A DNA stretch of 64,000 nucleotides. Source: an uncultured Alphaproteobacteria bacterium (GTDB taxonomy: Bacteria; Pseudomonadota; Alphaproteobacteria; HIMB59; GCA-002718135). The position numbers and the translations under genes are program-made. Shown one piece after another: positions 22,928 through 33,631 of the stretch; within the stretch, counting starts at the first letter, position 1, and each line of letters begins with the position of its first letter. Below the pieces are notes generated by a model. That model was not told the origin of the DNA and ran no database searches. It saw only the letters and a program-made list of their open reading frames with translations. The DNA lies in NCBI GenBank assembly GCA_902635455.1, contig CACPNW010000006.1:961-64960 (forward strand). The letters run 5' to 3'.

Positions 22928-23277
22928 AAATGGATACAAATACTAATGTAGACGTAAGTCAAAATATAAAAAATGAAATTTCAAATAGTGAAGTAGTCTT
23001 ATTTATGAAAGGCACACCTGTGTTTCCAATGTGTGGATTTTCAGCAGCTGTTGTACAAATACTATCAGATTTAGGAGTTAAATTTAACCATGTAAATGTT
23101 TTAGATAGTGATGAAATGAGAGAAGGAATTAAAAATTTTTCTAATTGGCCTACTATTCCACAACTTTATGTGAAAGAAGAATTTATTGGTGGTTGCGACA
23201 TCGTAAAAGAAATGAATGAATCAGGAGAACTTTTAGAATTATTTAATTCCAAAGGAATTAATATTAGTCCTTCATAA
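22924..23277 (+). CDS. grxD: Monothiol glutaredoxin Grx4
   Basis: FMKGTP..P.CGFS, WPTIPQLY, GGCD. Confidence 0.95.
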   Translation: MKMDTNTNVDVSQNIKNEISNSEVVLFMKGTPVFPMCGFSAAVVQILSDLGVKFNHVNVLDSDEMREGIKNFSNWPTIPQLYVKEEFIGGCDIVKEMNESGELLELFNSKGINISPS

Positions 23278-23279
23278 TT

Positions 23280-24194
23280 TTGAAATCATCAAATTTTTAT
23301 AAAGGAATTTTTTATACATCTTTAGCTTCATTATTCTGGGGAATGCCTCAGCCTTTATTTTTTAATGAAATTAAATTTATACCAGCTATAGAAGTTGCAC
23401 TACATCGAGGCTTGTGGTCATTTATATTTTTATTAATAATTTTAGTTAGCTTCGGTAAATTTAAAGAATTTATTAATATATTTTATTCATATAAAAAAAT
23501 ATTTATTCTTTCAGTAACAGCTAGTTTAATATCAGTTAATTGGGCAGGTTTTATTTTTGCAGTAAGCATTGATAAGGTTCAAGATGCATCAATGGGATAT
23601 TTTATAACTCCAATGATAAGCATTATTCTTGGATATTTTTTTTTAAAAGAAAAAATCTCAATGCTTAAATTAACTTCTTTAATATTAATGCTGCTATCAA
23701 TTTGTTATTTAATTTTAAGCTTAAAAAACTTACCATATATAGCTATTTTAATTGGTACTACATGGGGCATATATGGATTATTAAGAAAACAAATTAATGT
23801 AACTCCGGAAATTGGATTATTATACGAGTCAGCATTTATTGCTTTATTTGCTAGTCCATATTTATTTTATTTAAATGCTTCAAATACTGGTTTTTTTTTA
23901 AACCACAGCATTACAACATCTTTTTTCTTAGTGATGACAGGCCTGATAACTATTTTCCCATTATTTTTTTTTAATTTAGGAGTAAAAAATATTTCTTTAG
24001 GCTTTGCTGGTGTAATTTTTTATTTAGCACCTTCATTTCATTTCATTACATCAGCTTTCATACTTAATGAAAATATCAATGTTCAAAAAATGTTGGCCTT
24101 TATAGTTATATGGATAGCAGTAATAATCTTTATAATTGATGTTTTTAAAAATGAAAAAAATACTAACGTGAATAAAATTCAATCACTAAATTAG
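23280..24194 (+). CDS. rarD: EamA family transporter RarD
   Basis: 10-TM DMT pattern; HR.LWS, NW..FI.AV, ASMGYFI.P, YGLLRK. Confidence 0.85.
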   Translation: MKSSNFYKGIFYTSLASLFWGMPQPLFFNEIKFIPAIEVALHRGLWSFIFLLIILVSFGKFKEFINIFYSYKKIFILSVTASLISVNWAGFIFAVSIDKVQDASMGYFITPMISIILGYFFLKEKISMLKLTSLILMLLSICYLILSLKNLPYIAILIGTTWGIYGLLRKQINVTPEIGLLYESAFIALFASPYLFYLNASNTGFFLNHSITTSFFLVMTGLITIFPLFFFNLGVKNISLGFAGVIFYLAPSFHFITSAFILNENINVQKMLAFIVIWIAVIIFIIDVFKNEKNTNVNKIQSLN

Positions 24195-24783
24195 GTTCCA
24201 TAGTAACAGGGTATGGCACATCATGTATTAATGGAGCTCTTAAGAAACGTCCTTTAATTTCTTTAGTGTCAACTTCTAAATATTCAGGTATTTCTCTTTC
24301 TTGTGATACAATAGATTCTATGATGAGATTCATTTCTTTGCTTTCATTCTTTAATGAAATTTCATCTCCATCTTTTACTGAATAAGATGGAATATTAACT
24401 TTTTTGCCGTTAACTTTAATATGGCCGTGATTTATAATTTGCCTAGCAGAAAATATTGTTGGAACAAACTTCATTCTATAAACAATTGCATCAAGTCTTC
24501 GCTCTAAAAGCTCTATTAGTATTTGGCTTGTATCTCCTTTTATATTTGATGCTTTTTGATATATTTTTCTAAATTGTTTTTCTGTAAGGTCTCCATAATA
24601 AAATTTTAACTTTTGTTTTGCAAAAAGCTGATTTCCATAATCAGAAAGCTTTCTTCTTTGATTATCGGCACCATGCTGTCCTGGTCTTGAGTTTCTTTTA
24701 TTATAAGGACTTTTAGGTCTGCCCCATAGGTTACAGCCTAATCTTCTATCGATTTTATATTTTGCAGATATTCTTTTTGTCAT
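24163..24783 (-). CDS. rpsD: 30S ribosomal protein S4
   Basis: PGQHG, SDYG.QL.AKQK, LERRLD, ARQ...HGH, IEFYSR. Confidence 0.98.
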   Translation of the reverse strand: MTKRISAKYKIDRRLGCNLWGRPKSPYNKRNSRPGQHGADNQRRKLSDYGNQLFAKQKLKFYYGDLTEKQFRKIYQKASNIKGDTSQILIELLERRLDAIVYRMKFVPTIFSARQIINHGHIKVNGKKVNIPSYSVKDGDEISLKNESKEMNLIIESIVSQEREIPEYLEVDTKEIKGRFLRAPLIHDVPYPVTMEPNLVIEFYSR

Positions 24784-24833
24784 TAATTATTGGGGTATAT
24801 AGAGATAAATTTATTGATGTCAAATCCATTATT

Positions 24834-25556
24834 TCATGATTTTGGCTGATTCTTTAGCTTTTTATGCATACCCCATAGCATTCGAAGCTCTTTCTTTGTT
24901 AAGCCAATTTTATTATAGATTGAATAGATATTGTCGATCATATTACTCTTTTTCTCAACAGGTCTAAAAAAACCCCTAAAATCAAGATCGTTAACCAAAA
25001 ATTTTATAAAGTTAGAAAGTTCAAGCTTACTAACTTTATCAATATTTGAAGTTGAGATATTTTTTACTGACGAATTATTTGCTAGAAATAGCTCATAAGA
25101 AATTACTGAAACTGCATGTGATAAATTAAGTGATTTATTTTTATTATAAGTAGGAATGGTAAATAAAAAATTAGCCAATCTAATATCTTGATTTGACAAA
25201 CCAGAATTTTCGGGACCAAATAATATAGCTGTATTTTTAAAATTCCTAATTTTTTTTTGTAATGCATTAAAACTATCGTATGTTTTTTTTGTTAAAAAAC
25301 GTTTTCTATTTGAAGTAGCTATAACTAAATCAAAATTAGAAACTGCATCTTCTAGGTGATCATAAACTTTAGCTCTATTAATTATTTTATCAGCATGTTT
25401 TGCTGAACTCTTTGCTTTTTTACTTGGCCAACCATCTCTAGGACTAACAATAGATAATTTTGATAATCCGAAGTTATCCATTGCTCTAGCAGCCATTCCA
25501 ATATTTTCATAAAGCTGAGGTCTTACAAGTATTATAGTTGGATTTATTTTTTTCAA
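24834..25556 (-). CDS. trmJ: SPOUT tRNA methyltransferase TrmJ/LasT
   Basis: ENIG.AARAM.NFG, FGPENSGL.N, SLNLSHAV. Confidence 0.85.
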   Translation of the reverse strand: MKKINPTIILVRPQLYENIGMAARAMDNFGLSKLSIVSPRDGWPSKKAKSSAKHADKIINRAKVYDHLEDAVSNFDLVIATSNRKRFLTKKTYDSFNALQKKIRNFKNTAILFGPENSGLSNQDIRLANFLFTIPTYNKNKSLNLSHAVSVISYELFLANNSSVKNISTSNIDKVSKLELSNFIKFLVNDLDFRGFFRPVEKKSNMIDNIYSIYNKIGLTKKELRMLWGMHKKLKNQPKS

Positions 25557-25557
25557 T

Positions 25558-27144
25558 TTATTTATTTAAATCATTAAATAATTTAAAAGTTATACTATCA
25601 TAGATAGCATTATAAGATGCATCAATAATGTTAGAAGAGACACCAACTGTTGTCCAGTGCTGCTTACTATCGTCAGTTGATTCTATGTGCACTCTTGTGA
25701 TAGCTCCTGTGCCTTTATCTGATGATAAAATCATAACTTTATAATCTGTAAGAGTTAAATCTTTCAAAGTTGGATAAAAATTTATTAGCGCTTGACGTAA
25801 AGCACTATCAATCGCATTTACTGGACCATTACCAATTCCTACTGTCATTTTTTCTTCATTTTTCACTTCTAATTGCACGGTAGCTTCAGAGTCAGTTACT
25901 AATTTACCTTTTGCATTCCATCTTCTTTCATCAGTAACTCTAAATTTATTAAGATTAAAATACTCTTTAATCTGACCAACATGTCTTCTAACAAGAATCT
26001 CAAAACTAGCCAGTGCAGTATCATAACTAAAGCCTTCAGCTTCTTTTTGTTTGATTAAATCAAGTATTTGATTAATTTTGTCACTGTCTATATTGATTTC
26101 TAATTTGTTTAATTGGCTTATTAAATTAGCTTTACCAGCTTGATCGGAAATAATTACATTTCTTGAATTTCCAACTAATTCTGGATCAATATGTTCATAT
26201 GTTGAAGGATCTTTAGCTACTGCTGAAGCATGCAAACCTCCTTTATGTGAAAATGCATTTTCACCTACGTAAGGCGCAGTTTTTGATTTAGGCTCATTTA
26301 AAAGTTCATTTAATGTATTTGATATTTTTGTAAGTGATTTAAGATTTTTTTCTTGAATATTAGTATGAAAATTTGTTTTTAGTACCAGTGAAGGAATTAA
26401 TGATACTAAATTAGTATTTCCACATCTCTCACCCAAACCATTAATTGTTCCCTGAACATGTCTAACACCACTATTAACTGCGGCTAAAGCATTAGCTACA
26501 CCATTCTCAGTATCATTATGAGCATGAATGCCTAATTTTTCTGAAGGAATAGATTTTTTAACCTCTTCAATTATATCTGAAATTTCATTTGGCAAGGTGC
26601 CACCATTTGTATCACATAATACTATCCATCTTACTGATGAGTTTAAAGCTGTGCTTAAACATTTCAAAGCGTATTGTTTATTTTGTTTAAAGCCATCAAA
26701 AAAATGTTCAGCATCATATATCGCTTCTTTATTTTTTGATTTTAAATAATTAAAACTATCATTAAGCATTAAAAGGTTTTCATCTTCAGAAATACCTAGA
26801 GCATTTTTAACTTGAAAAGATGATGATTTGCCAACAAGACATATTGTGGAAGCATTACTGTTTATTAATGCATTTAACCCAGGATCGTTTTCAGCACTTC
26901 TTCCAGGCCTCCTTGTCATACCAAAAGCAGTGAATTTTGATTTAGTAAAACTTAAATCACGAGAGAAAAAATCATTATCAGTTGGGTTTGCTCCTGGCCA
27001 CCCTCCTTCAATATAATCAATGCCTAGTTCATCTAGACTTTTAGCTATTGTCATTTTATCACTTACAGAAAAATTCACTCCTGTAGTTTGTTGACCATCT
27101 CTCAATGTTGTATCAAATAAATAGATTTTATTTTCTTCAGTCAT
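25558..27144 (-). CDS. cimA: Citramalate synthase
   Basis: DTTLRDG, EGGWPGANP, DAEHFFDG, LCDTNGG, HAHND, GNGPVNA. Confidence 0.9.
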   Translation of the reverse strand: MTEENKIYLFDTTLRDGQQTTGVNFSVSDKMTIAKSLDELGIDYIEGGWPGANPTDNDFFSRDLSFTKSKFTAFGMTRRPGRSAENDPGLNALINSNASTICLVGKSSSFQVKNALGISEDENLLMLNDSFNYLKSKNKEAIYDAEHFFDGFKQNKQYALKCLSTALNSSVRWIVLCDTNGGTLPNEISDIIEEVKKSIPSEKLGIHAHNDTENGVANALAAVNSGVRHVQGTINGLGERCGNTNLVSLIPSLVLKTNFHTNIQEKNLKSLTKISNTLNELLNEPKSKTAPYVGENAFSHKGGLHASAVAKDPSTYEHIDPELVGNSRNVIISDQAGKANLISQLNKLEINIDSDKINQILDLIKQKEAEGFSYDTALASFEILVRRHVGQIKEYFNLNKFRVTDERRWNAKGKLVTDSEATVQLEVKNEEKMTVGIGNGPVNAIDSALRQALINFYPTLKDLTLTDYKVMILSSDKGTGAITRVHIESTDDSKQHWTTVGVSSNIIDASYNAIYDSITFKLFNDLNK

Positions 27145-27180
27145 ATTAAAATTAGCTATTAGACAAATAAATAAATTTTT

Positions 27181-28515
27181 CTATATTTTTCCAAATTTCC
27201 TAAGTAATGTCTCTTTGTCTAGTAAAGGGAGGAAATTTTTTAGCTCAGGCCCTTTGTCTTTTCCTGTCAAAATTAACCTTAAAGGCATAAACAGACCCTT
27301 ACCTTTTAAGCCTGTTTTGGCATTAATAGATTTTGTCCAATTATCCCATGTTTCATAAGAAAATGGATCCTCAGGAATAAACTCTAACGCAGCTTCAACC
27401 AGACTGTTAGGAATATCATATTTTCCTATTTCTATAGTAGCATCAATTGTGTCTAACCAAGTTTCAACATCCTTTAAAAAATCTATATTGTTTTGTGAAA
27501 ATTTCCATAGTTTTTTTAAATCAATATTATTTTTTGATAACTTAATTTTTGATTTAATTTGCTCATAATCATAAATTTTTAAAACATCTGAATTTAATGA
27601 TGTAAGTACATTATCAGAAAATTTAGCTGATGAATTTGATATATTTTTCAAATCAAAATTATTAACTATATTATCTATTTTTGTTTCAGGATTAATATCT
27701 TCGCTAGATCCAATATTTAATAAATAATTTAAAATAGTAATATTTTCATATCCATCATTTTTTAAACTTTCTATGGATAGGCTGCCTAATCTTTTAGCAA
27801 AACCTTTTCCTTTTTGGTCAGTTAAAAATGGATGATGAGCGAAGTTTGGAATTTTAGAATTAAAAGATTCAAAAAGTTGAATATGATATGCTGTATTGCT
27901 AATATGATCTTCGCCTCTAATTATGTCAGTTATTTCTTCTTTAATATCATCAACAACAGAAGGTAAATGATATAATAAACTTCCATCACCTCTTATTAAA
28001 ATTGGGTCACTTAAATTTTTACTATCAAAGCTTACTTTTCCTTTAATTGAATCATTCCAACTAATTATTTTATCTTCTAATTTAAATCTCCAGTGAGGCT
28101 TAAAACCTTCTGAAAGTTTCTTATTAATTTCCTCTTGTGATAATCTAAGAGAAGCTCTGTCATATATAGGAGGTTTGCCTGAAGAAAGTAATGCTTTTTT
28201 CTTTAGTGATAACTCCTCTTCAGTTTCAAAACATGGATAAATTCTTTTCAAATCTTTAAGCTGATTAATATGTTTTTCATATATTTTTTTTCTAGAAGAT
28301 TGATTGAAAGTTCTGCTCCATTTTAGTCCAAGCCAATCAAGATTTTCTTTAATACTTATTTCAAATTCTTTTTTACATCTATTAATATCAGTATCATCAA
28401 TTCGAAGAATAAATTCTCCTTTATTTTTTTGAGTATATGCCCAATTTAAAACTGCTGAACGAGCATTACCAACATGCAATAAACCAGTAGGGCTTGGAGC
28501 AAATCTAGATCGCAT
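27181..28515 (-). CDS. gltX: Glutamate--tRNA ligase
   Basis: RFAPSPTG.LHVGN, LRIDDTD, RGEDH, FAKR, LFMPLR.LTG...GPEL. Confidence 0.93.
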   Translation of the reverse strand: MRSRFAPSPTGLLHVGNARSAVLNWAYTQKNKGEFILRIDDTDINRCKKEFEISIKENLDWLGLKWSRTFNQSSRKKIYEKHINQLKDLKRIYPCFETEEELSLKKKALLSSGKPPIYDRASLRLSQEEINKKLSEGFKPHWRFKLEDKIISWNDSIKGKVSFDSKNLSDPILIRGDGSLLYHLPSVVDDIKEEITDIIRGEDHISNTAYHIQLFESFNSKIPNFAHHPFLTDQKGKGFAKRLGSLSIESLKNDGYENITILNYLLNIGSSEDINPETKIDNIVNNFDLKNISNSSAKFSDNVLTSLNSDVLKIYDYEQIKSKIKLSKNNIDLKKLWKFSQNNIDFLKDVETWLDTIDATIEIGKYDIPNSLVEAALEFIPEDPFSYETWDNWTKSINAKTGLKGKGLFMPLRLILTGKDKGPELKNFLPLLDKETLLRKFGKI

Positions 28516-29256
28516 TTAGTTTTTTGGTATAATGCAAATAGGAATAGGATTCATTTTATGCAAGTTAGGTTTTCTAATTAAACGATATTTTTCATAATAT
28601 TTGCTATCTTTGTTTAACATAGCCTCCTCAATTTGTTCATAAGTTAAGCCTATTTGATCTTCGTCATTCCTTGAATCATCCCATAATCCATCAGTTGGCT
28701 TAGCTTCAATAATTTCTTTATCTATGTCTAATACTTTTCCCATTTCCCATACTTCAGATTTTGTACAATCAGCTATAGGTGAAATATCTACTCCACCATC
28801 CCCATATTTAGTATAGAAACCTATTCCAAAATCTTCTACTTTATTACCAGTACCAACTACAAGGGCATTATTAGCTTGTGCAATTTGATATAAAGTTATC
28901 ATTCTTAATCTTGATCTCGAGTTTGCAAATGCTAATTCAGAATTATAATTTTTCATCTGATTTCTGAACAGCTCAAAAATCTCATCAAGTTCTACAATAT
29001 GAGTTTTTATATTTTTAAATTTTTTTAATGACCAGTTTAAATGAGAAAGACTTAAATTATGCTGATCAATATTTTGTTTTATAGGCATAGACACTAAATG
29101 AGTTGTGATACCAGTCATAGCACACAGTGTACTTGTAACAGCAGAATCTATGCCTCCTGATACTCCAATAACTAGTTCAAAATCTTTTTTACCGTTGGAT
29201 TGAGCATAATCTTTTATCCAATTTGATATGTGCGCGATTCTTTTATTGGTGTCCAT
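28516..29256 (-). CDS. nadE: NH3-dependent NAD+ synthetase
   Basis: SGGIDSAV, N.RSRLRM, GTGN.E, FYTKYGDGG; no glutaminase domain. Confidence 0.93.
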   Translation of the reverse strand: MDTNKRIAHISNWIKDYAQSNGKKDFELVIGVSGGIDSAVTSTLCAMTGITTHLVSMPIKQNIDQHNLSLSHLNWSLKKFKNIKTHIVELDEIFELFRNQMKNYNSELAFANSRSRLRMITLYQIAQANNALVVGTGNKVEDFGIGFYTKYGDGGVDISPIADCTKSEVWEMGKVLDIDKEIIEAKPTDGLWDDSRNDEDQIGLTYEQIEEAMLNKDSKYYEKYRLIRKPNLHKMNPIPICIIPKN

Positions 29257-29276
29257 AATTCTAAAGTATTAATTAA

Positions 29277-30650
29277 TTATAAGTTAGAAGATATTTTAGA
29301 ACCAAACTTATCATCTTTTAAAAATTCAGCTAGTAAAAAAGCTAATTCTAATGACTGAGAAGCATTTAATCTTGGGTCGCAATAAGTATGATATCTATTT
29401 TTAAGATCTTCATCAGTTATCTTTTGTAAACCTCCCATACATTCTGTGACATCTTGACCTGTCATTTCTAGGTGAACTCCCCCAGGATAGGTTCCTATTG
29501 ATCTATGTATATTAAAAAAATTCTGAATTTCTGAAATTATATTATTTAGAGGTCTAGTTTTATATCCAGAATTAGCTTTGATTGTATTTCCATGCATTGG
29601 GTCACATGTCCAAACGATTTTTTTTCCTTCATTATTAATTTTTTTAATAATTTCTGGAAGTTTTTGTAGGATTTTATCTGCTCCCATTCTACAAATTAAA
29701 GTAACCCTGCCTGCTATATTTTCAGGATTAATAATATCAATTATTTTCAATAACTCTTCAGCCGATGAAGTCGGGCCTACTTTGATACCTATAGGATTGC
29801 CAATACCTTTTACAAACTCAATGTGAGCACCATCTGTTTGGCGAGTTCTGTCACCTACCCATAACATATGAGCAGAAACAGCGTACCACTTGCCATTAGT
29901 ACTATCTATTCTTGTTAAAGCTTCTTCATAAGGCAAGAGTAGAGCTTCATGACTAGTAAAAAAATCTGTTTCATATAATTGTCTAACATTTTTATCATTT
30001 ATTCCACATGCACTCATAAATGCTAAACATTCATCAATTCGATCAGAAATTTCTTTAAATTTTGCAGCATTTTCTCCTTGGACGAAACTTAAATTCCACT
30101 GATGGATTTTATGAAGATTAGCAAATCCTCCTTGAGAAAAAGCTCTTAATAGATTTAAAGTTGAAGCAGATTGATTATAAGCTTGTACTAATCTGTCAGG
30201 ATCAGGTTCACGAGATATTTTATTAAATTCAATCCCATTAATTATATCACCTTTATAAGATTCTAATTCAACATCTTTAACTATCTCTGTATTTTGAGAT
30301 CTTGGTTTAGCGAATTGGCCAGCAATTCGACCAACTTTAACTATTGGGCAAGTAGCGCCAAAAGTCAAAACTACAGCCATCTGTAAAATAACCTTAAACG
30401 TATCTCTTATATTATCAGGATGAAAATCAGAAAAACTCTCAGCACAATCTCCACCTTGTAATAAAAAAGCTTTTCCATCAACTACATCTGCTAGTTTGTT
30501 TTGCAACATTCTTGCTTCTCCAGCAAAAACCAATGGTGGAAATTTTTCAATTTTTTTTAAAATATTATCTAACTTTTCTTGATCTTTATATATAGGAATA
30601 TGTCTTGCTTTTTTTGACTTCCAAGATTGTGGCTCCCATTTAGTATGCAT
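29277..30650 (-). CDS. Class II DAHP synthase
   Basis: [44 protein letters not shown]. Confidence 0.95.
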   Translation of the reverse strand: MHTKWEPQSWKSKKARHIPIYKDQEKLDNILKKIEKFPPLVFAGEARMLQNKLADVVDGKAFLLQGGDCAESFSDFHPDNIRDTFKVILQMAVVLTFGATCPIVKVGRIAGQFAKPRSQNTEIVKDVELESYKGDIINGIEFNKISREPDPDRLVQAYNQSASTLNLLRAFSQGGFANLHKIHQWNLSFVQGENAAKFKEISDRIDECLAFMSACGINDKNVRQLYETDFFTSHEALLLPYEEALTRIDSTNGKWYAVSAHMLWVGDRTRQTDGAHIEFVKGIGNPIGIKVGPTSSAEELLKIIDIINPENIAGRVTLICRMGADKILQKLPEIIKKINNEGKKIVWTCDPMHGNTIKANSGYKTRPLNNIISEIQNFFNIHRSIGTYPGGVHLEMTGQDVTECMGGLQKITDEDLKNRYHTYCDPRLNASQSLELAFLLAEFLKDDKFGSKISSNL

Positions 30651-30705
30651 AATAATTGGCCTAATAAACTATTAGATTCATGAAACAAGTAATTACTAAA
30701 AATGC

Positions 30706-31995
30706 TTAATTTTTCTTAACTAATTTAAGCTTCGAGCGTTCTATTGCTAAATATTTTGAAGGTATGTCTTTATTTATTACACTGCCAGCAGCTATTTTAG
30801 CATTTTTATTGATTGTTATAGGAGCTATCAATGATGAGTTTGAACCAATAAATGATCCATCTCTTATTATTGTTTTATTTTTTTGTTTACCATCATAATT
30901 ACAAGTTATGGTTCCAGCTCCAACATTTACTTTTTTTCCAATTTTAGCATCACCTATGTAACTTAAATGTGAAACTGAAGAAAAATCTCCTATGTAAGAA
31001 TTTTTTACTTCAACGTAGTTTCCAATTTTAACATTTTTAGAAATTATTGTATTTGGTCTTATCCTTGCAAAGGGTCCAATAGATGAATTTTGTCTAATAA
31101 TAGCTCCTTCTAAATATGAAAAACTCTTAATTATGTTATCTTTTAGTATTTTTACTCCTTTTTTTATTACCACATTGGATTCAATAATTGTGCCACTTTG
31201 AATTATAGTATCAAAACTAAAACGGCACGTATCAGGATTTTGAATTAAAACACCTTTTGAAATAAAATTATTTACTAAATATTTTTGATATATTTTATCA
31301 ATTTTAACAAAATCTTCTATTGTGTTAACACCGAGCATTTCTGTTTCTGGACATATAATATAACTAAAAGGAATTTTTAATTTATTATAAATTTCAAATA
31401 TATCAGGTAAATATTTTTCATTTTTTATTTTATTAGTTTTAATTTTATCTAAATTTTGAAAAAAATTTTTAGAATTTACAATCATAACTCCTGAATTGCA
31501 TAAATTTATTTTTTTCTCTTCTGAAGTGGTGTTGATTTCTTCAACCACTTTTAGAACTTTATCTTTCTGCTTTTTTACTCTTCCATATCCAATTGGGTTG
31601 CAAGCATTAAAAGCAATCATTGATGCTATAGAATTATTTTTTTTAAAATTTAAAACTAATTTATTAATACTTTTTATAGAAATTAAAGGTGCATCACCAA
31701 ATAATATTAAAAAATTAGCACTGTTTAAATATGGCTTAGCACAAGAAATTGCATCTGCAGTACCTTTCTGTTTGTTTTGAATTACAAACTTACAGCCAGT
31801 AATTATTTTTTTAAACTCTTTAATATTATCTCTATTACAAACTATAATAACATTTTTTCCTGATATTTTAGTTCCAATTTTATGAACATGAGAGATCAAC
31901 GGTAGACCAGCAAGATCCTCTAAAAGTTTAGTTGTTTTCCTTTTATACCTTGTACTTTTTCCAGCAGCTAAAATAACTGTAGAAATATTATTCAT
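30706..31995 (-). CDS. glmU: Bifunctional UDP-GlcNAc pyrophosphorylase/GlcN-1-P acetyltransferase
   Basis: LAAGK.TR, Q.GTA.A, GYGR, GPFARIRP, HLSYIGDA, GTITCNYDG. Confidence 0.93.
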   Translation of the reverse strand: MNNISTVILAAGKSTRYKRKTTKLLEDLAGLPLISHVHKIGTKISGKNVIIVCNRDNIKEFKKIITGCKFVIQNKQKGTADAISCAKPYLNSANFLILFGDAPLISIKSINKLVLNFKKNNSIASMIAFNACNPIGYGRVKKQKDKVLKVVEEINTTSEEKKINLCNSGVMIVNSKNFFQNLDKIKTNKIKNEKYLPDIFEIYNKLKIPFSYIICPETEMLGVNTIEDFVKIDKIYQKYLVNNFISKGVLIQNPDTCRFSFDTIIQSGTIIESNVVIKKGVKILKDNIIKSFSYLEGAIIRQNSSIGPFARIRPNTIISKNVKIGNYVEVKNSYIGDFSSVSHLSYIGDAKIGKKVNVGAGTITCNYDGKQKNKTIIRDGSFIGSNSSLIAPITINKNAKIAAGSVINKDIPSKYLAIERSKLKLVKKN

Positions 31996-32001
31996 TAATT
32001 T

Positions 32002-32634
32002 TTATAAATTTCTTAAAATTTCGTTACCAGCATTAATTATTTCTTTTGCTGCATCCGAAGTTACACTTATATCTATAACACCCCTACCTACTGAAAATGT
32101 TTCTGCAAAAATTACCTTACTTGATAAGCGTGATCTAGCAATCCTCGCTCCCGCGTACCTCAATCTAAGAATCATTGCATCAGTAAGTTTTGCTCTAGCC
32201 ATTACTCTATTCAGTATAATTATAGGGTTTTTTCTTTCTTTCTTTGCAAGCTCTAAAAAGGGCAGTGTTGCCATTAAATCTAATGGACTAGGTTGTGCTG
32301 GAACAAATACCTTGTTTGATGCCCTAACTATTTGAAGGGTATCATAGGTAATAGACGGAGGGCTATCTATAATAATAAAATCATATTTTCTTTTAATTTT
32401 TTTTAATTCTTCATTAATATTTCTTATATCAAAATTGTATGAACTAATTCCAATATCTTCCTCACCATAATATTTTTTTCTTTCTTCAATCCAATAAGTT
32501 AAGCTTTTTTGTGCATCAGCATCTATAACAGCTACTTTGTATCCGCTATTACTCCATAAAACTGCAATATTAGCAGATAATGTAGTTTTACCTGAACCAC
32601 CTTTTTGATTTGAAAATGCTATTACTTTTCCCAT
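32002..32634 (-). CDS. Orphan short ParA family ATPase
   Basis: Deviant Walker A KGGSGKTT, DAD.Q.S, IIDSPP; no parB nearby. Confidence 0.85.
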   Translation of the reverse strand: MGKVIAFSNQKGGSGKTTLSANIAVLWSNSGYKVAVIDADAQKSLTYWIEERKKYYGEEDIGISSYNFDIRNINEELKKIKRKYDFIIIDSPPSITYDTLQIVRASNKVFVPAQPSPLDLMATLPFLELAKKERKNPIIILNRVMARAKLTDAMILRLRYAGARIARSRLSSKVIFAETFSVGRGVIDISVTSDAAKEIINAGNEILRNL

Positions 32635-32701
32635 TTTATAAAATTAGTATAAATAAATAATTTAACTATTATGACACTATACTAAATAAATAATATATAA
32701 A

Positions 32702-33631
32702 ATGCAAAATTCTGATTTAATCAATGGTAAAAAATTACTAAAAAAAGGAAAACTAGTCATATTTCCAACAGAAACTGTGTTTGGTCTAGGTGGCAATGCT
32801 ACTAATTCCAAAGTTATCAAAAAAATCTACAATTTAAAAAAAAGGCCTATAAATAATCCCTTAATTTGTCATTTTAAAAATTTAACTCAAATTAAGAAGA
32901 ATTTTTATATGAATGAGCTTGAGTTAAAAATTGGCAAACTTTACTGGCCTGGACCGCTAACTTTAATTCTGAAAAAAAAGAAAAATAGTAAAATTTCACC
33001 AAAATTATCTAATCATTCATCTTATGTTGGTTGTAGAATCCCAAAAAATAAAATTGCTATGGAGCTACTAAAAAAGTTAGATTTTCCTATAGCTGCGCCT
33101 AGTGCTAATTTGTCAAATAAAGTTTCAGCAACCCGTCACTCAGATATTGATTCTGATTTAAAAAAAAATATATTTGTTGTTAAGGGTAAGTCTAAATTAG
33201 GCCTAGAATCAACTGTAATACAAATTAAAGAAAATTATATTAACATACTTAGGTATGGTAGTATTACAGAAGAGGATATCAGAAAAAAAATTAAAAATAT
33301 AAAAATAAAAAAGCCTATTAAAAATAAATTATCTCCTGGTAATCAAAAAAAACATTATTCACCAAATTTACCCTTAAGAATTAATGTTAGAAAAGTAAAA
33401 AAAAATGAATCACTTTTAAATTTTGGAAAAAATAATTTATATTCAAATGTTTATAATTTAAATCTTAGCAGAAAAGGGAACCTAGTAGAAGCAAGTAGAA
33501 ATTTTTTTCATTATTTAAATTTATTAGATAGAATAAAATCTGCTGGTATAGCTGTTGCAAAAATACCAAATAAAGGTTTGGGTAAAACAATAAATGATAG
33601 ACTCAAAAGAGCATCTTTTAAAGATAATTAA
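32702..33631 (+). CDS. sua5: L-threonylcarbamoyladenylate synthase (Sua5/TsaC2)
   Basis: FPTETVFGLG, K.RP..NPLI.H, WPGPLT, APSAN, SPG...HYSP, DRL.RA. Confidence 0.92.
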   Translation: MQNSDLINGKKLLKKGKLVIFPTETVFGLGGNATNSKVIKKIYNLKKRPINNPLICHFKNLTQIKKNFYMNELELKIGKLYWPGPLTLILKKKKNSKISPKLSNHSSYVGCRIPKNKIAMELLKKLDFPIAAPSANLSNKVSATRHSDIDSDLKKNIFVVKGKSKLGLESTVIQIKENYINILRYGSITEEDIRKKIKNIKIKKPIKNKLSPGNQKKHYSPNLPLRINVRKVKKNESLLNFGKNNLYSNVYNLNLSRKGNLVEASRNFFHYLNLLDRIKSAGIAVAKIPNKGLGKTINDRLKRASFKDN

